From Schmidtea nova (lineage: Eukaryota): DNA of 64,000 nt. Below are positions 12,250-25,400 of the stretch, in pieces. The translations under genes were made by a program, and so were the position numbers. Numbering within the stretch: position 1 is the stretch's first letter; every line of letters begins with the position of its first letter. The notes below the pieces were generated by a model. That model did not search any database, had not been told where the DNA came from, and saw only the letters and a list, made by a program, of their open reading frames with translations. The DNA lies in contig CM097882.1 in the NCBI GenBank assembly GCA_044892505.1, positions 248,930,001 to 248,994,000 of the forward strand. Direction: 5' to 3'.

Positions 12250-14640
12250 ATGAACACTATAACAACTAGCTTTATGAACGAAAGTCTAAGTGACAAAGAA
12301 AATGGTAAATTTATTTTTTAGTTTATTATCATTTAGTATTAATTTAGGTAATAGTATTAATTCAATGGGGAAATCGATTTTAGAAAATGTGGAAGAAAAC
12401 GGTATTTAATCTTTAACTTAGTATATTATTTAGTTTTTACTTTAGGTAAATATGAATGATTAAAATCGTGTTCACATAAAGATTGTTAGCGACGAAAATA
12501 TTATGATTGAAGGAATCATACCTAATAAATAAATTAATATTCAATGTAAGTATTGATTAATTTTAATTAATCTGATTAACTTTTGATAATTAATTTAATT
12601 AAATTATTAAATATTTTTAAGTAAAAATTCTGTCAATATTTTGTAATTATTTAAATAATTTTTATTTTGCGTAAAGAATTAATTTAAACAAATTTCTTAA
12701 TATTATTTTTTAATAAGTTATATATTAAATTAAAACTATTTTATCTAATTATCTAATTTAACTAATATTTATTTTAAATTTGATATTTATTTTCTAATAA
12801 CTCATATTTTTATTAATTTATTTTCAAAGAATTTTGGATATATTTAAAAATATTTCATAATTAAGATAAGTTTTATCCGAATTATTGTAATTCGTCAAAT
12901 CATAGCGACTGTCACAAATTAATGGAACAATACTATCGTCTTATAAATAACCAAGACACCTTCTTTTTATGCCTTATTTATGAGAGCGCCCAAAATATAA
13001 CATATAATAATTTTTATTCTCAACATTATTTCCATTTAAATCAATTTTTATGCTCTAAGAAAAGTCTTTTTGCATTAATTAATAAAAATAAACAAAGAAC
13101 TGTTAGTGTTTGTCCTAAACCGACTAAAATAATTGTAATTTCCGATGATAAAGATGTACATTCATCAAATGACGATATTTTAGTTATTCCTAATTTATCT
13201 GTTGTCTAATATGGTGGTTCTGTTAAACCCTTGGTTAAATATAATCTGAAAAAATCACATGCTACAGTTAAAATGGATGTGAATTCTTTAAATTTAAATT
13301 AATTAATTATTCCTTGGTCTTTATTAAATAAATTTAATTCAGTTATTTCCAAAATGTGGTATGTAAAATTACAATTCTGCATTGATGTAAATTTGAAAAA
13401 GATGGACAATTCAAATCTTTTATAATATCAAATTCCGCAAAGCCCATGAGTGATACCTTTTTAGATGAAGGTATTGCTCTATTAAGTGAAAAAACTACTA
13501 AAGTCAGTGAAAATGGCAGCAATTGGTCAATTAATAAAATTAAAGAAATAAACTTTAAACTTACAAAATATTCACAAATAAGGAGATTGAGCGGCAAAAG
13601 TTCTTGTTCAACCCCACCATCATTAAATGCAAAACATTGTACTGTCAATGTAAAAAACACCGATAATTTATGTTTTATATATATAGTATTTTGACAATTT
13701 TAAAATACGATGAGATAGATAACAATCATAGAAACAGAGCATCTAATTATAATTCCTCAGATCTTGTTTTTGATCCTTGTGATCTTCCGATCAAATTATG
13801 TAATATTCCCAAATTTGAATCGAAAAACTCCGAGCTGTCAATAAATATCCTTTCACATGATGACAGCAATTAAATTTATTGCTTTGAAAAGAATGAAGTA
13901 TTGAAACATCCATTTGTAGATATTATTCATAGGTCAAAGGTTGTAGGTGGCACTCCAATTAATTTGATATTATTAGAGGAAAGTAACTTTTTTCATTATA
14001 TAGGAGTTACCAATCTTAATAGGCTTTTGAATTCTGTTACGGATAACCGGATAAGTTGTAATTGGTGCGAGCGTTGCTTGAATGGGTTTAGATTGACTGA
14101 AGCTTTTGAGAAACACCCGACATTATGAACAAAGGATCAGTTAGGTAAAACTGTGTACACTTTACTTTTAGATAAAAATTTAGAATTTACCATTTGGTCT
14201 AAGATTGTTACCCCTTCTATCGTCGTATATGCCGATTTTACGACTATTTTATCCAAGGACGATAAGTATTTTCAACGTCACTTGCCTATTTCTGCTGACT
14301 TGTTGCTTATTAATAACTTTACTGGCGAAAAATCAAATAAAGGCTTTTATGGTTTAAATGTGTAGAAGAGTTTTTGACCGAAATCAATGATTTGTCTTAC
14401 TTTATAAATTATTTCAAAAAGGAAATGGAATATTTTTCCCCTGAACAAATTAGATCTTTTCTTAGTTACAATTTGTTATTTGTGCAATAAATCTTTGAAG
14501 AATTTGGTTAAAAATCATGACCATTATTCAGGTAAACACTTGGGTGCAGCTTGCTCTAAATGAAATTTCTCTCGGAAAATTAGATTCATCATACCTGTAA
14601 TTTTTCATAATTTACACGGTTATGATTTACGCGGATATGA
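12250..14640 (+). pseudogene. Polinton-type PolB copy 2 (three upstream exons plus N-terminal half), truncated at the Exo II motif
   Basis: ORF fragments 12922-14365 align with ORF 43897..45177 and beyond. The copy ends at FHNL..GYD. Upstream exon and intron boundaries match those of element D. Confidence 0.9.
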
Positions 14641-14785
14641 TGTAAAACAAACACAAAGACATTCGTGTGCGGAACATTTTAAACAAAGCCGCCGTCCTGG
14701 AGATGGGGGCAAAAAACTTTTTTTTTATTTTTAAAACTTTTTTTAATCTTTTTTAATCTTTTTTACCTTTTTAATCTTTATTTTT

Positions 14786-14992
14786 TATGACGCATCGATG
14801 ACTCATCATATTTTTTTACATTTAAAAAATAAAAACTTTTTGATTTTCATGACCCATCGATGACTCACCAATGACTGATCAAAAGTTTTTTTTAATTTAA
14901 AATATTTTTTAATTTAAAATAATGACTTATCGATGACTAATTATTTTCATGACTCATCGTTATGACTCATCCGATGACGCATAGATGACTAA
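14786..14992. promoter_or_regulatory. Dense TGACTCA motif cluster, homologous to the module at about 7400-7700
   Basis: Four perfect TGACTCA (14799, 14861, 14950, 14963) plus several one-mismatch variants, often as ATGACNCATCGATGACTCA doublets. Followed by the same tatcattc.aaaggt.tttgag / aaccatcaa / (TA)n block seen at 7565-7695. Confidence 0.6.
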
Positions 14993-15116
14993 TTTCAAAT
15001 TTGAATTTTATGACTATATATAAATATATCTATATCATTCTAAAGGTATTTGAGTATGGTAGTCATATCGTCAAACCATCAAGATATTAAAAAAATATAA
15101 TTAAAATACCTTAACG

Positions 15117-15182
<66 letters not shown>

Positions 15183-15824
15183 TTATATATATCCTTACCC
15201 ATTTTGACAAAGCAATCCATTTGCAATATTAAAAAAGACATTGCAATACAAACGCAAGTTAACAAAGACATTGCAAGCCAGAATTACAAAGACATACATA
15301 CAAGATAATAATAATAATAAAATAATAATTAAGGTAATATTATTTGCGATATTGTTCGCAATATTAACTTCTAAAAATATAAAAATAATAAATAATAAAA
15401 ATAATTACTATTGATTCTTACGGCGACTCGTCCTTTCATTGTTACATTTAAATAGTTCATATAGAATAATAGTAATTTTGATTGTAATAGTTTTAATAAA
15501 AATTGTGACTAAAAATGACTAAAAATGAAATTATAGACTATATAAAGCAGATATTTTCAAATTTTATTAACCATCCAATCAGAATCGAGATAAGATAGAG
15601 ATATACATGCACACATACTACCTGTTTGTTTATGTATATGATGTCACGATAGTTTTTATGTGACAAGATAAAGACACTTATATTCATGACCTCACGGGTT
15701 TTATCTCCTTTTCATGGCTTTATCGTGGCTTTTTTGACTAATCAAAAAATAATATTTATCAAAATAATAATAATTTTAATTAAAAATATAAATAAAAATA
15801 ATAATAAAAACACAAAAAATACAT

Positions 15825-16332
15825 TTACTGTTTTAAATAACCAGTCACACCAGATAAGCATCCTTTATAGGCACACATATTATTGTCTTTATATGGACAC
15901 AAAATATTTACTGGAACATCTTCAATTTCTCTAAAATTAGATTTAATTAATCTCAATTTCGGGAAATATTTCTTTAATACTTGTAGTTTTTCATTATCAG
16001 TCCACATAGAAAACAGCACTAGTATCTTCGATATCATTCATAATACACGTTGGGCAAAAGTAATCTTGTCCTTCATACCATTCCAATCGATCAAGTATTT
16101 CAATTCCAGTCCAGAAAGAAAATCATTGTATATATTATACTTTCGTTTAAAAGTATTATTAACATTCATTACACATAATTCTTTAATAATTGTTTCTCCA
16201 ATTTCATTATAACCGTAAATATCAATAAAATAACAAATAACAAGTATTATTAACATTCATTATACATAATTCTTTAATAATTGTTTCTCCAAATTCATTA
16301 TAATTGTAAATATCAATAAAATAACAAATCAT
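15825..16332 (-). pseudogene. Polinton/adintovirus-type accessory gene, DEDD exonuclease-like, with an internal stop and a 90-bp tandem duplication of its 5' end
   Basis: YFIDIYGY...IIKELC...IDWNG...NEKLQVLK...CPYKDNNMCAY resembles the IDxQGF/IKEL/W..G/EK..L/C..H..CA pattern of small Polinton-associated exonuclease-like proteins. ORFs 16038..16256 and 15825..16037 are in frame across one stop. Confidence 0.55.
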
Positions 16333-16719
16333 TTTTACAATAAAATTTATTAAACTAAATTGTTTATAACAGATTTTAGCCATGCAAGGCAATGTTGGAT
16401 GTTGACACCGAATTCTATTATATACAATCGGTTTACCCAAAGTCTGCAATTTACTAACTAATAAATTGAGATAATAATATCCAAATACATAATTCAAATA
16501 CATGTATTCGATCAGGTTTTACGTAAACAGCGATCCGATAAAGGAATTTTATCTAATAGATAAACTCGAATAAATTGATTTACCAATAATAGTTTTCCAA
16601 TTCAATTAACCTGAATAGAACTATTTTAATTAATTATTTTATAAATTAAAAACTTACTCCATGAGCATTTTAATATAATAAATTGGTTCATTTATGCTAT
16701 TCAAACTAGTGATGTTTGA

Positions 16720-17880
16720 ACGAAGTTCAAACTCTAGTACAGTTCGATTTGCAGTAATTTGGATTTCATTTTCAAAAACTCTATATTATTACATGAACCG
16801 GTTCGTCAATGGCTTTACCAAATTTGATATCTAATCGTAAATTGCCATTTTAAAGGATTTGACTTTGATTCAAATTGAAATCAGGAACAAGAACAAAAGT
16901 AAAGAATGAATATTTTGTTTTAAATTCATCGAGACTTATACCACAATTCAAGTTTTTATCCAAATATCCTAAATTTTTAACATATGTAGCACTAAAATTA
17001 TCATTTTCCAATTCTTGATTATAATTTTCTCGATAATCAGTATTTTTCGCCAGAGATAATGAAGTGACATTAAAATGTTTGAATGTAGAAGAAGAAGTAG
17101 TATAAGATCCATTATATTGATTTTCAGATTGAAAAGCTACAAGAAGAAATTAGGCATTCTTCTATCTCAAAATATTTGCTCCTTGAAATGACGATGCCCC
17201 TTTACCGATTGCAAAAGATACAATTTCTTTTGATTTTATCGAATAAATCGCATGTTTGTTATTTAACCCAATTTGATGTCCAGCTAATACTGAAGATTCA
17301 CATCGAACTTTTCGAACCATTAATTTTTATATTATTGGTTTCCCAGTTACAGATGACATCAGATCGCTCCAATCTAATATGTACATTAACTGCAGAAAAT
17401 AAATATTTATGTTGATCCAGAAAATTTAGTTGTAATGATGAACACATGTTGAAAAGTTTCGATCCTTTAATCCACTTTTTCTATCTTCAGATGCACCATA
17501 TCCCATTGGCGTAAGACAAGTTTCTTTTGTATCACTCGTATAATTTTAAAAAGTTTCGATAATTGCCTTGAGCGCATACGTATTGTTTCCACCCTCAACG
17601 TTTATATGATTAAATCCAAGAATAGCTTCTTTAAATAGAGTATGAAATAGGTAATTATTAGGTAGTACATCACTCGCATCAGCTAATTTATTTTTATTTT
17701 TATCTACAACCTTGACTGTAACGAATAATAAAGACATATCTTTAAACTTTCGATATATTGTTTAATTTTGGTAAAATGTACTATAGAAAATCGAATGTGA
17801 GAACTATGAAAGCGGATGAAATGAATACGAGAATTGTTAGAAATGTCGAAATTATGTAAACTATTCAACTACAACAACTG
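16720..17880 (-). pseudogene. Polinton/adintovirus major capsid protein (double jelly-roll, hexon-like), decayed
   Basis: PNNYLFHTLF...NNTYALKAIIET, VNVHIRLERS, LMVRKVRCESSVLAGH, FKHFNVTS, FFTFVLVPDF, NGNLRLDIKF and FENEIQITANRTV follow the conserved order of Polinton MCP motifs. Confidence 0.85.
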
Positions 17881-18194
17881 ATGAAATTTATTATTATTTG
17901 TAAACAAAAATATTTATTTTTTCATTAAATAAAAACGATTGAAATAAATCATTAAACTTTTATACTATTCGCGATGAAAAATCTAAACGATAAAGGCAGA
18001 CCAAGTCCAATCTTAATAACACATAAAACTTTGAAAATAATTAAACATAACAGCCGAAAGAATTATAAAACTAAATACAATGAAACCAATTATTTTTAAC
18101 AAAATCTTTTTCATTATAAATCTGAATTTCAGAGAAATTATGAATTGAGAGCTGGATCTGGAACTGGAACACCAACCTGATCTTTTGACTTGTC

Positions 18195-21100
18195 TATAAA
18201 CGAGTCACATCATTATAATGTCCATATCAAGACTATCATCTTTCTTCACCCAAAGCCTTTTATCATCCAAGTTCGTTAAGGTTACTTTATGGTTTTATTA
18301 GTAAATAATTGATTATTTTTACTAACTATTCGTGATTGAGTAACCTAAACTATCGAATTATTATTATAAAAATCCAGGTACAACTGATGTTTAAGATCAG
18401 TACCCTTCATTGTTATACCCTTAGCCTTGTGATTGAGTCCTTCATCCTCGTGATTGAAATTTCCTATGAAAGAATCAAGGTTTTTCGAGTAAAAAGGATG
18501 ATTTGGGTCATATTTTGAAGTGTCTAATAACCTATCCTTAACTACAACAGACAAAAGATCTAATTTACAATTCCTAACCTCTAAGAAGAAAGAGTCTGTA
18601 TCACCTGCAACTATACTAATCTCACAGCTGAATTCATTACTATATTGTTGTAATTCTTCATACTGGAGTTGATACATCCTAAGTTTAGATAAATCCTGTA
18701 CAGTTTGACTAATGTAGCTGGATCTATCTAAACACACAACGTCCTTATTAAGCAAGACAGAAATTAGATCATCATCAATCTTATATGTTTTTCAAAAGGT
18801 AGGTTTAGAAGTATGTGTAATCAGTTTTGACCCTAAATTACATAGTCGTAAATTGAATCATTTCTTTAAATTCTCTACAGTCTTTCAATAGAAACTATTA
18901 TTTAAAAGTCTATAATTGTTTTTATCTAAAGCCGTAGAAGAAGCTGCACTAAGTTGAGTATTTGTGTCAATGTAATTTTTAAAAATTTGTTTGTGTTTGT
19001 ACTGAACAGCCCGATGAACTCTAGTTATTTTGAACCCAAAGAAAACAAAAGCTTGACAAGCCTCCAATGACCAACATAGTCGAACCTGGGATAATGCGTA
19101 AGAATCAGCTTCTCAACCTTTGGACCCGGAGCATACATTTTCTCTGCTGCAACCTGAAAAACATTTAATTTATCGTAAATTTCTGAAGGGATTTCAAGAT
19201 CCACTTCAAAAGTCACGCCATAAGTTTAAATAGCCAAATTGACACCCATTAAAACCCACCCCTATAAATTATTAATATCAATGTAAAGCAATTCAGTCGT
19301 TTCGGAGGATACTACATGGTTCTTTTTGACAAATGTCAAACCACCACGGATTCCCCCTTCGAAAAATTATAAATCTCCATATCCTGAAGCAACTTAATAA
19401 GTTCATCAAAGGTAATAAGCACAGAAGATCACGACATATCTGGAATTCCCAAGAAATTCAAAGGTTCAAGTCAATTGTGAGCTATAGATCTTGCCCTAAA
19501 TTTCTGAAAAAAATCGGCAAGAAGAAAGACATAAAGTTTAAGATAGACCATCAAATAGTCACAAAGAGTTAGACACTGGGATTCCAACCAAATCATCAAT
19601 GCCTTGTCATATTAACTTGAGTAATACCTTCCCAGATTGGTAGTAACTCGTAAGTATCATTATGCACTTGCAAAGATGTAGCAAAATTGAACGTAAAAAT
19701 ACCCTTGCAATAAACAATAATCTCGGTAAATTCAGATCGAGTCAAAGGCAAAGAAGATAATGTCTTAACATCATCATTTAGGCTTGGAATTAACTAACTG
19801 AGAAGAATCAATGAATTTAATGGTTAAATCAAGTTTAAAAATCAGTCAAACCATTTTTAAGAATATGATGCAAGTCATAGCCCTTTAAATTATGAAGAAT
19901 AACGGTTAAAAACTTATATAACAGACGGGATTCATTACAAGAATTACATGCTGCACCCAAACATTCTCCAGTGTAGTGTTCATGATCCTTAAATGGTTTG
20001 AGTAAGGATTTATTACATAGAGAAAAAATTGTCGCTACTGAAAATTCTCGTTAATTCGCTTAAGTAATAAAAAGTGGTTTCTTGTAATTATTTTTATAAA
20101 AAGGATAAACAATAGTTTAGAAATATCACTAATTTCAGAAAAGCACTTAGAATCACAATCAAGTCCTATAAAACTCTTGTAAATCTTTTCTCCAGTAAAG
20201 TTATTTACAAGTAACAGACCGACAGATATTGGGACATGTCTTTGAAAGTAGTTATCATCTACGGGTAAGATATACTTAAAAATGGCGTAAACAACAAAAT
20301 TTGAGGTTATTATTTTGTCCAATTACTAAATTTCAAATTTTTATTCTTAGGTAAAGTATAAAGAGTTCAGCCTAATTGATATTTAGCGTACAACTATTGA
20401 TGAAAATCAAATTCTTCCTGTTTACGAAATCCATTCAAGCATCGATGACACTATTACTCTGAATGCGAGTATTTGAAATTGTACGTTCATCAAGATTCAA
20501 AGGCCTATCAAGATCGGTGACTGCAATATAATGATATGCATCACAACTTTACAATAAAATCAAATTTATAGGAGTACCACTAACAACTTTAGACCTATAA
20601 ATTATATCGACACAAGAATGTTTAAAAACTTCAAGATTGGTCAAGGAATCAAACAAAGCATCATCATTAGCAAGAACATTAATAGCAAGTCCAGTGGTTT
20701 AAACATCAAATTTCGGAATATTACAGAGTCTCATGGGCTTTTCAGAATAGTCGTCAAGATCAGAATATTATAATTATTTACTCTATTTCTATTATTATAA
20801 ACTTCATCATATTTCAAAATAGCTAAAATGCTATAAATAAAACAGAAATCATCAGAAGTTCTTACGTTTATAGTACAATATTTTAATTGTAAGGACTGGG
20901 GGGTTTCAATATGACCACACCCACTCAATCGACTTATATCAGCAAACTTTGTTAATACAAAATTTATTTCGTTGAGTTTGTTAATAACCCAATTACTCCC
21001 CTTAATTAATGTTATTTTATCATTTAAAAGAGCAATAGCCTCATCTAAAAAGATATCACTTATAGGTCTTACAGAATTTGAAAGATTCAAATTCTCCATC

Positions 21101-21636
21101 TGTTTCAAACTCTACATCAATACAAAATTGTATTTTCACTGAACCCATCTCATTTAGAACATTATTTTATTTATTAATTACATTTTCGGGTAAATTTAAA
21201 GTTTTCAAAGCCAAATGAGAAACAGTCATTTTTACAATGGCGTGAGCTTTTCTTAATTCATATTTGACGTTAGTAAGAAGGGGCCCACCATATTGAACAT
21301 CTATTGCATTACTATCATTATTAGAACTAATTTCAGAGTCGAAAAGAATTTTTATATCGGACATTACCTCGTCAACTATATAAATAAATTTTATTAATAA
21401 TTATATCTCTATCATAAATTGTTAAATTAAAAAGGGATTTTTCGAAAATTTATATTTCCTTAAATGCTCCTTATGATCATCATAAAAGTTCAAAAATGTC
21501 GATTTTTAGGTTTTCTCACATACGGGACTTATAAAAAACGTGACTCATTTAAACAAATATCGATAATATTTTCCCATTAATTCGATGCATCTTTTATCAT
21601 GAATCGATGATCAGCAAAGGTCTGGGAAAAGTTTAC
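18195..21636 (-). pseudogene. Polinton-type PolB copy 3 (divergent subfamily, full length but heavily decayed; element B)
   Basis: Fragments QYGG, CTINVRTSDDFCFIYSIL, NNSFY, AGDTDSFFLE and DDKRLWV are collinear with copy 4. Candidate upstream exons lie at 22837-22987 and above 23035. Confidence 0.9.
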
Positions 21637-22264
21637 CTTAAATATAAAGAAAATAATTAAAAATATGAACCATAAATGTCAATTATTTTAATATTAAAAT
21701 TATGGTCATTATAATTACAATAATAAAAATTTAATTAAATAATTTGCATATTATAAAAAATATATATTTATTAATTTCATTAATTATATTCTAAACTAGA
21801 ATTGTTTTCATTATTAATTATAATAAAAAATGTAAAATTTAAAATTTTTACAAATATTTAAAAAATATATTATTTTAATATAATAATTGTCATTTTATAA
21901 TATGAATTACTATGAAAGAAAATAAATAATTTATTATTAATGAATTTGCAAAAAAATAATAAAAAAGTAATTTAATTATTAGAAAATAATTATTAAAATA
22001 AAATGTAGTGCCTCCGTCATATTCATATTATAAATATTTATATATAAAGTAAATTAAATTANNNNNNNNNNNNNNNNNNNNNNNNNNNNNNNNNNNNNNN
22101 NNNNNNNNNNNNNNNNNNNNNNNNNNNNNNNNNNNNNNNNNNNNNNNNNNNNNNNNNNNNNNNNNNNNNNNNNNNNNNNNNNNNNNNNNATTATATAAAG
22201 GTTGTTTAAAAAAGCAAAAAGTAAGGAGAAATTCAAATCACAAGATATGAGCACTTATTACAGA

Positions 22265-22486
22265 ATGAACGCAATTTTCTTCTTATTTCTAATCATTGTT
22301 ATCACTACAGTTTCTGCAGCATATAAGGATTATCGATGCAAATGTGTTCGCAATTTACCAAACGATATGGAATTGAAATACTGCAGCTCTCCATTCATCA
22401 TACTTGATTTTGATGAAAAGAAAACGCATCCAGCAACAATTCATTTTATATTTAATAAATATTTTTGGTTTATCCTTATTCGTTAA
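22265..22486 (+). CDS. Putative small secreted Cys-containing protein (73 aa)
   Basis: MNAIFFLFLIIVITTVSA looks like a signal peptide and is followed by YKDYRCKCV...YCSS. A TATA-like tatataaag lies at about 22191. No homology recognised. Confidence 0.3.
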   Translation: MNAIFFLFLIIVITTVSAAYKDYRCKCVRNLPNDMELKYCSSPFIILDFDEKKTHPATIHFIFNKYFWFILIR

Positions 22487-25400
22487 GTCACGATATAAAA
22501 CAATAAAAAATATTATTCAATATTCAAATTAAATTTATATTCAAATTACTTAGTTAAATATTATACAAAATTATAATAGTTATAATTATAATTAGATTTG
22601 TTTTAATAATTAGTTATAAGCTAAAAAGTAAAATTTAAATAAAAGTAAAATTCAAATAATGTAAATAATTAATCATGTAAGTAATTACTTTTGTAAAATA
22701 ATTAATGAATAAACTACAAAACTGATAAAGAAAACTAAATAAATAATAAAGCTTACTTAATATTTATTTATGTACAAAGGTAATTAATTATAACTTATGT
22801 TTATCAAATAAATTTATAAAATAAATCGACACTTACAATTTCTTTCTTTTTTCTTTTCATGGTTAAGTTTGTTTTTCATTGAACTATCCATCGTTTCAGA
22901 TGATTTTCTATTGTCATTTATAAAGTTATCCATGTTGTCAAAATCGTTGTTTTTATTGTCAATATTGCTGTTGGTTATTCATTTTATCTAAAATAAGTTG
23001 ATTATTTAAAAATTTTAAAACAAAAATTAATTTACCAAATTTAGGTTGCAGTAAAAAGTGATTCTTAAGTGAAAAACTATTGTTTATAAACTAAATTAAA
23101 AAGTTTTTAACTAATCAAAATCAAGGAAACATACACAAATATACCACAACAATGAGCGAAAATAAGAGTCAAGAAGCCCAGTTTTATAAATTCGTCACGC
23201 ATTGCAGAACCATGGACGCTACCTGGTTCAGCGATGACAAAATGGAGAAATGTAGTCACCGTGTCCAAATCCTGCAGGAATAAATAGAAGAGGCCGTGAC
23301 TAAGAACCGCGCGCTGCAAATCACCTCAAGACAACGAAATGCACAGCTTACCAAATGCCAGTTGGATTACGACATCATTGTGGCAGTAAGCCCCCAAGCT
23401 CTATTTTCTACAAACCTAGTGAATATTATGAATATTCTCCAGTCTCCATTTAAAACCAAAGTTTCTTTCCATTATATTTCTCGTGATAGGAACTTAATAC
23501 GTTAAAAGATCTTCGAACGGGTTAATTGTCTTTTAAGAATAGGTTCCTATGAAAATAAGTTATTTAACGAGTATCATTCACTATTCTAACAAATATATAT
23601 ATGATTCTGGGTTATTAGCAGGACGAAAACAGCCATTATACCTTCTATCGATCGTATTTGGGCCCAATCGAGACATTCGATAAATTATAGCCTTTGAAAC
23701 AGTGCTAACATTTTGCAAGTTGTTTACCCGTTTGTTACATCATCAATGTTGTTATGCAGTGGGTCAAAAAATGGTTCTTATAAGTTTATATAAGGGTTAT
23801 TGAGGATCGAGCCGCAGCAGTTAGTATTAATTTTACCAATAACCTACCACAGTGTTATATAAAGTTATGAGTTGATAAAATCAGAGGACATCAGAAAGTT
23901 AGAGAAATCTTGTGGCTAAGACCTTTTATCGGCACCAGATACCGGAAGTGAGAAGACACAGAGGAGTAATTTGTCAACAAAGCTCATCTGTTCATTAAAT
24001 TCTCGCCGTGCTGTGTACATTTTCAGCATACTTATCAATGAGTAACTATTGGTTTACGAGTGAGGTAAAATTAGCATTTTCATGAAGTTGTGGGTTAAGA
24101 TAACCCTAGTTACCATTATTTATAACAGCACATACACAAACATAATCGTAATTAATTTTTGAGAAATGCATAGGGTATAGATGAAAATAAGTGAATAAAT
24201 CTCTCTTTTTAAAAACATGTTAAGATGTAAAGGTATATAACAAAACGGACTTATGTGAAGACACAATATTTAGTTTAGTTCATACAAATCAGTTCTGAAT
24301 CATGCAAGCTTATCAAATATACCAGTTTAATAACAATTATTTATTCAATTAGTAACATGTATATGAATATTTTAACTTAAATTTTCTGTATTTTAATTTA
24401 AATATTGTATTATACCACAAATATTGAATTTGTTTATAAACATAATTTAAAGGTTAAATAATAAAAAGTATTTTTCAAATCTTAACTTTTCTCCAGTTCT
24501 TTTTTGTACAGAGAATTATTTAAAGTTATTTTATCTTCGTTGCATTTGAGAATTTTCTTCCAAGACGGATTTAATGGCGAACAATAAGTTAGTTAGCTTT
24601 AATTACTTTTATTTTATTAATAATTTTACCAATATTTGATAATTTGGATTATCCCAAATTAAATATTTATCTCTTGAAATCTAATATAAAATTGAAAAAC
24701 TGATTCTCATATTTTATAAATTAAATTTTTAATTTAATTTATATCAACTCAATTTATATATTAAATTAGTCCAATTAATATAATAATTAAATTAATACAA
24801 TAAATAAAATATTTCGTAGACATTAAAAATTTTTAATCTGATCTTCAATTCTACTAAAAAAAGACAAGAATATATAAACTGAACATTTTCTAAAATCATA
24901 TAGCGAGGGGGAGAATACAAAGTGATAGAAATGAAAATAGCAATGATTGTGATGTAACAGTTTAGTTTCCAATTTACTCAAAGGCAAATCAATAGTAATG
25001 TTTTGTTTCTTTTCAACACTTTTTTGAGTATTTTCTTAATATTTATTTTGAATAAAATCCTTCTAACATTATTTTTTAATAGCTAGAAGCTGAAATACGT
25101 TTACATTCGAAATATGATAAAATTGAACCATTTAAAGAGAAAATTAACGTAAATAAGGTATCAAAGATTGACTCATAAACCTGAATCTCGTCATAAACCA
25201 CATTGAATATCAAACTAAAAATATTTTTAACATCAACCATTAGTAAATCGGAACCATTTGATTTAATTGCAGATCATTTAAACAAAATTAAATGATATTT
25301 TTCGGCATTAATTTTTAATTTTAATTAATTTAGTATAATATTTATCATATACAAATTTAATTATATCAATTCCTTCAGCACAAAAAAATGATATTTTATT

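Larger units (their letters stand above)
7367..14640 (+). mobile_element. Polinton/Maverick-like element A (left terminus to truncated PolB), interrupted by a Gypsy insertion
   Basis: Starts AGTAGCTAGATGTGT (7367-7381), matching the terminal motif at 48141 and 61479. Region 11755-14640 is collinear with 42690-45640 of element D. Confidence 0.7.

Noticed and set aside
23107-23505. Hydrophobic ORFs suggesting a GPCR or membrane protein
   Set aside because: Multiple stops and no diagnostic motif. The region is more simply explained as the promoter or 5' region of PolB copy 3.
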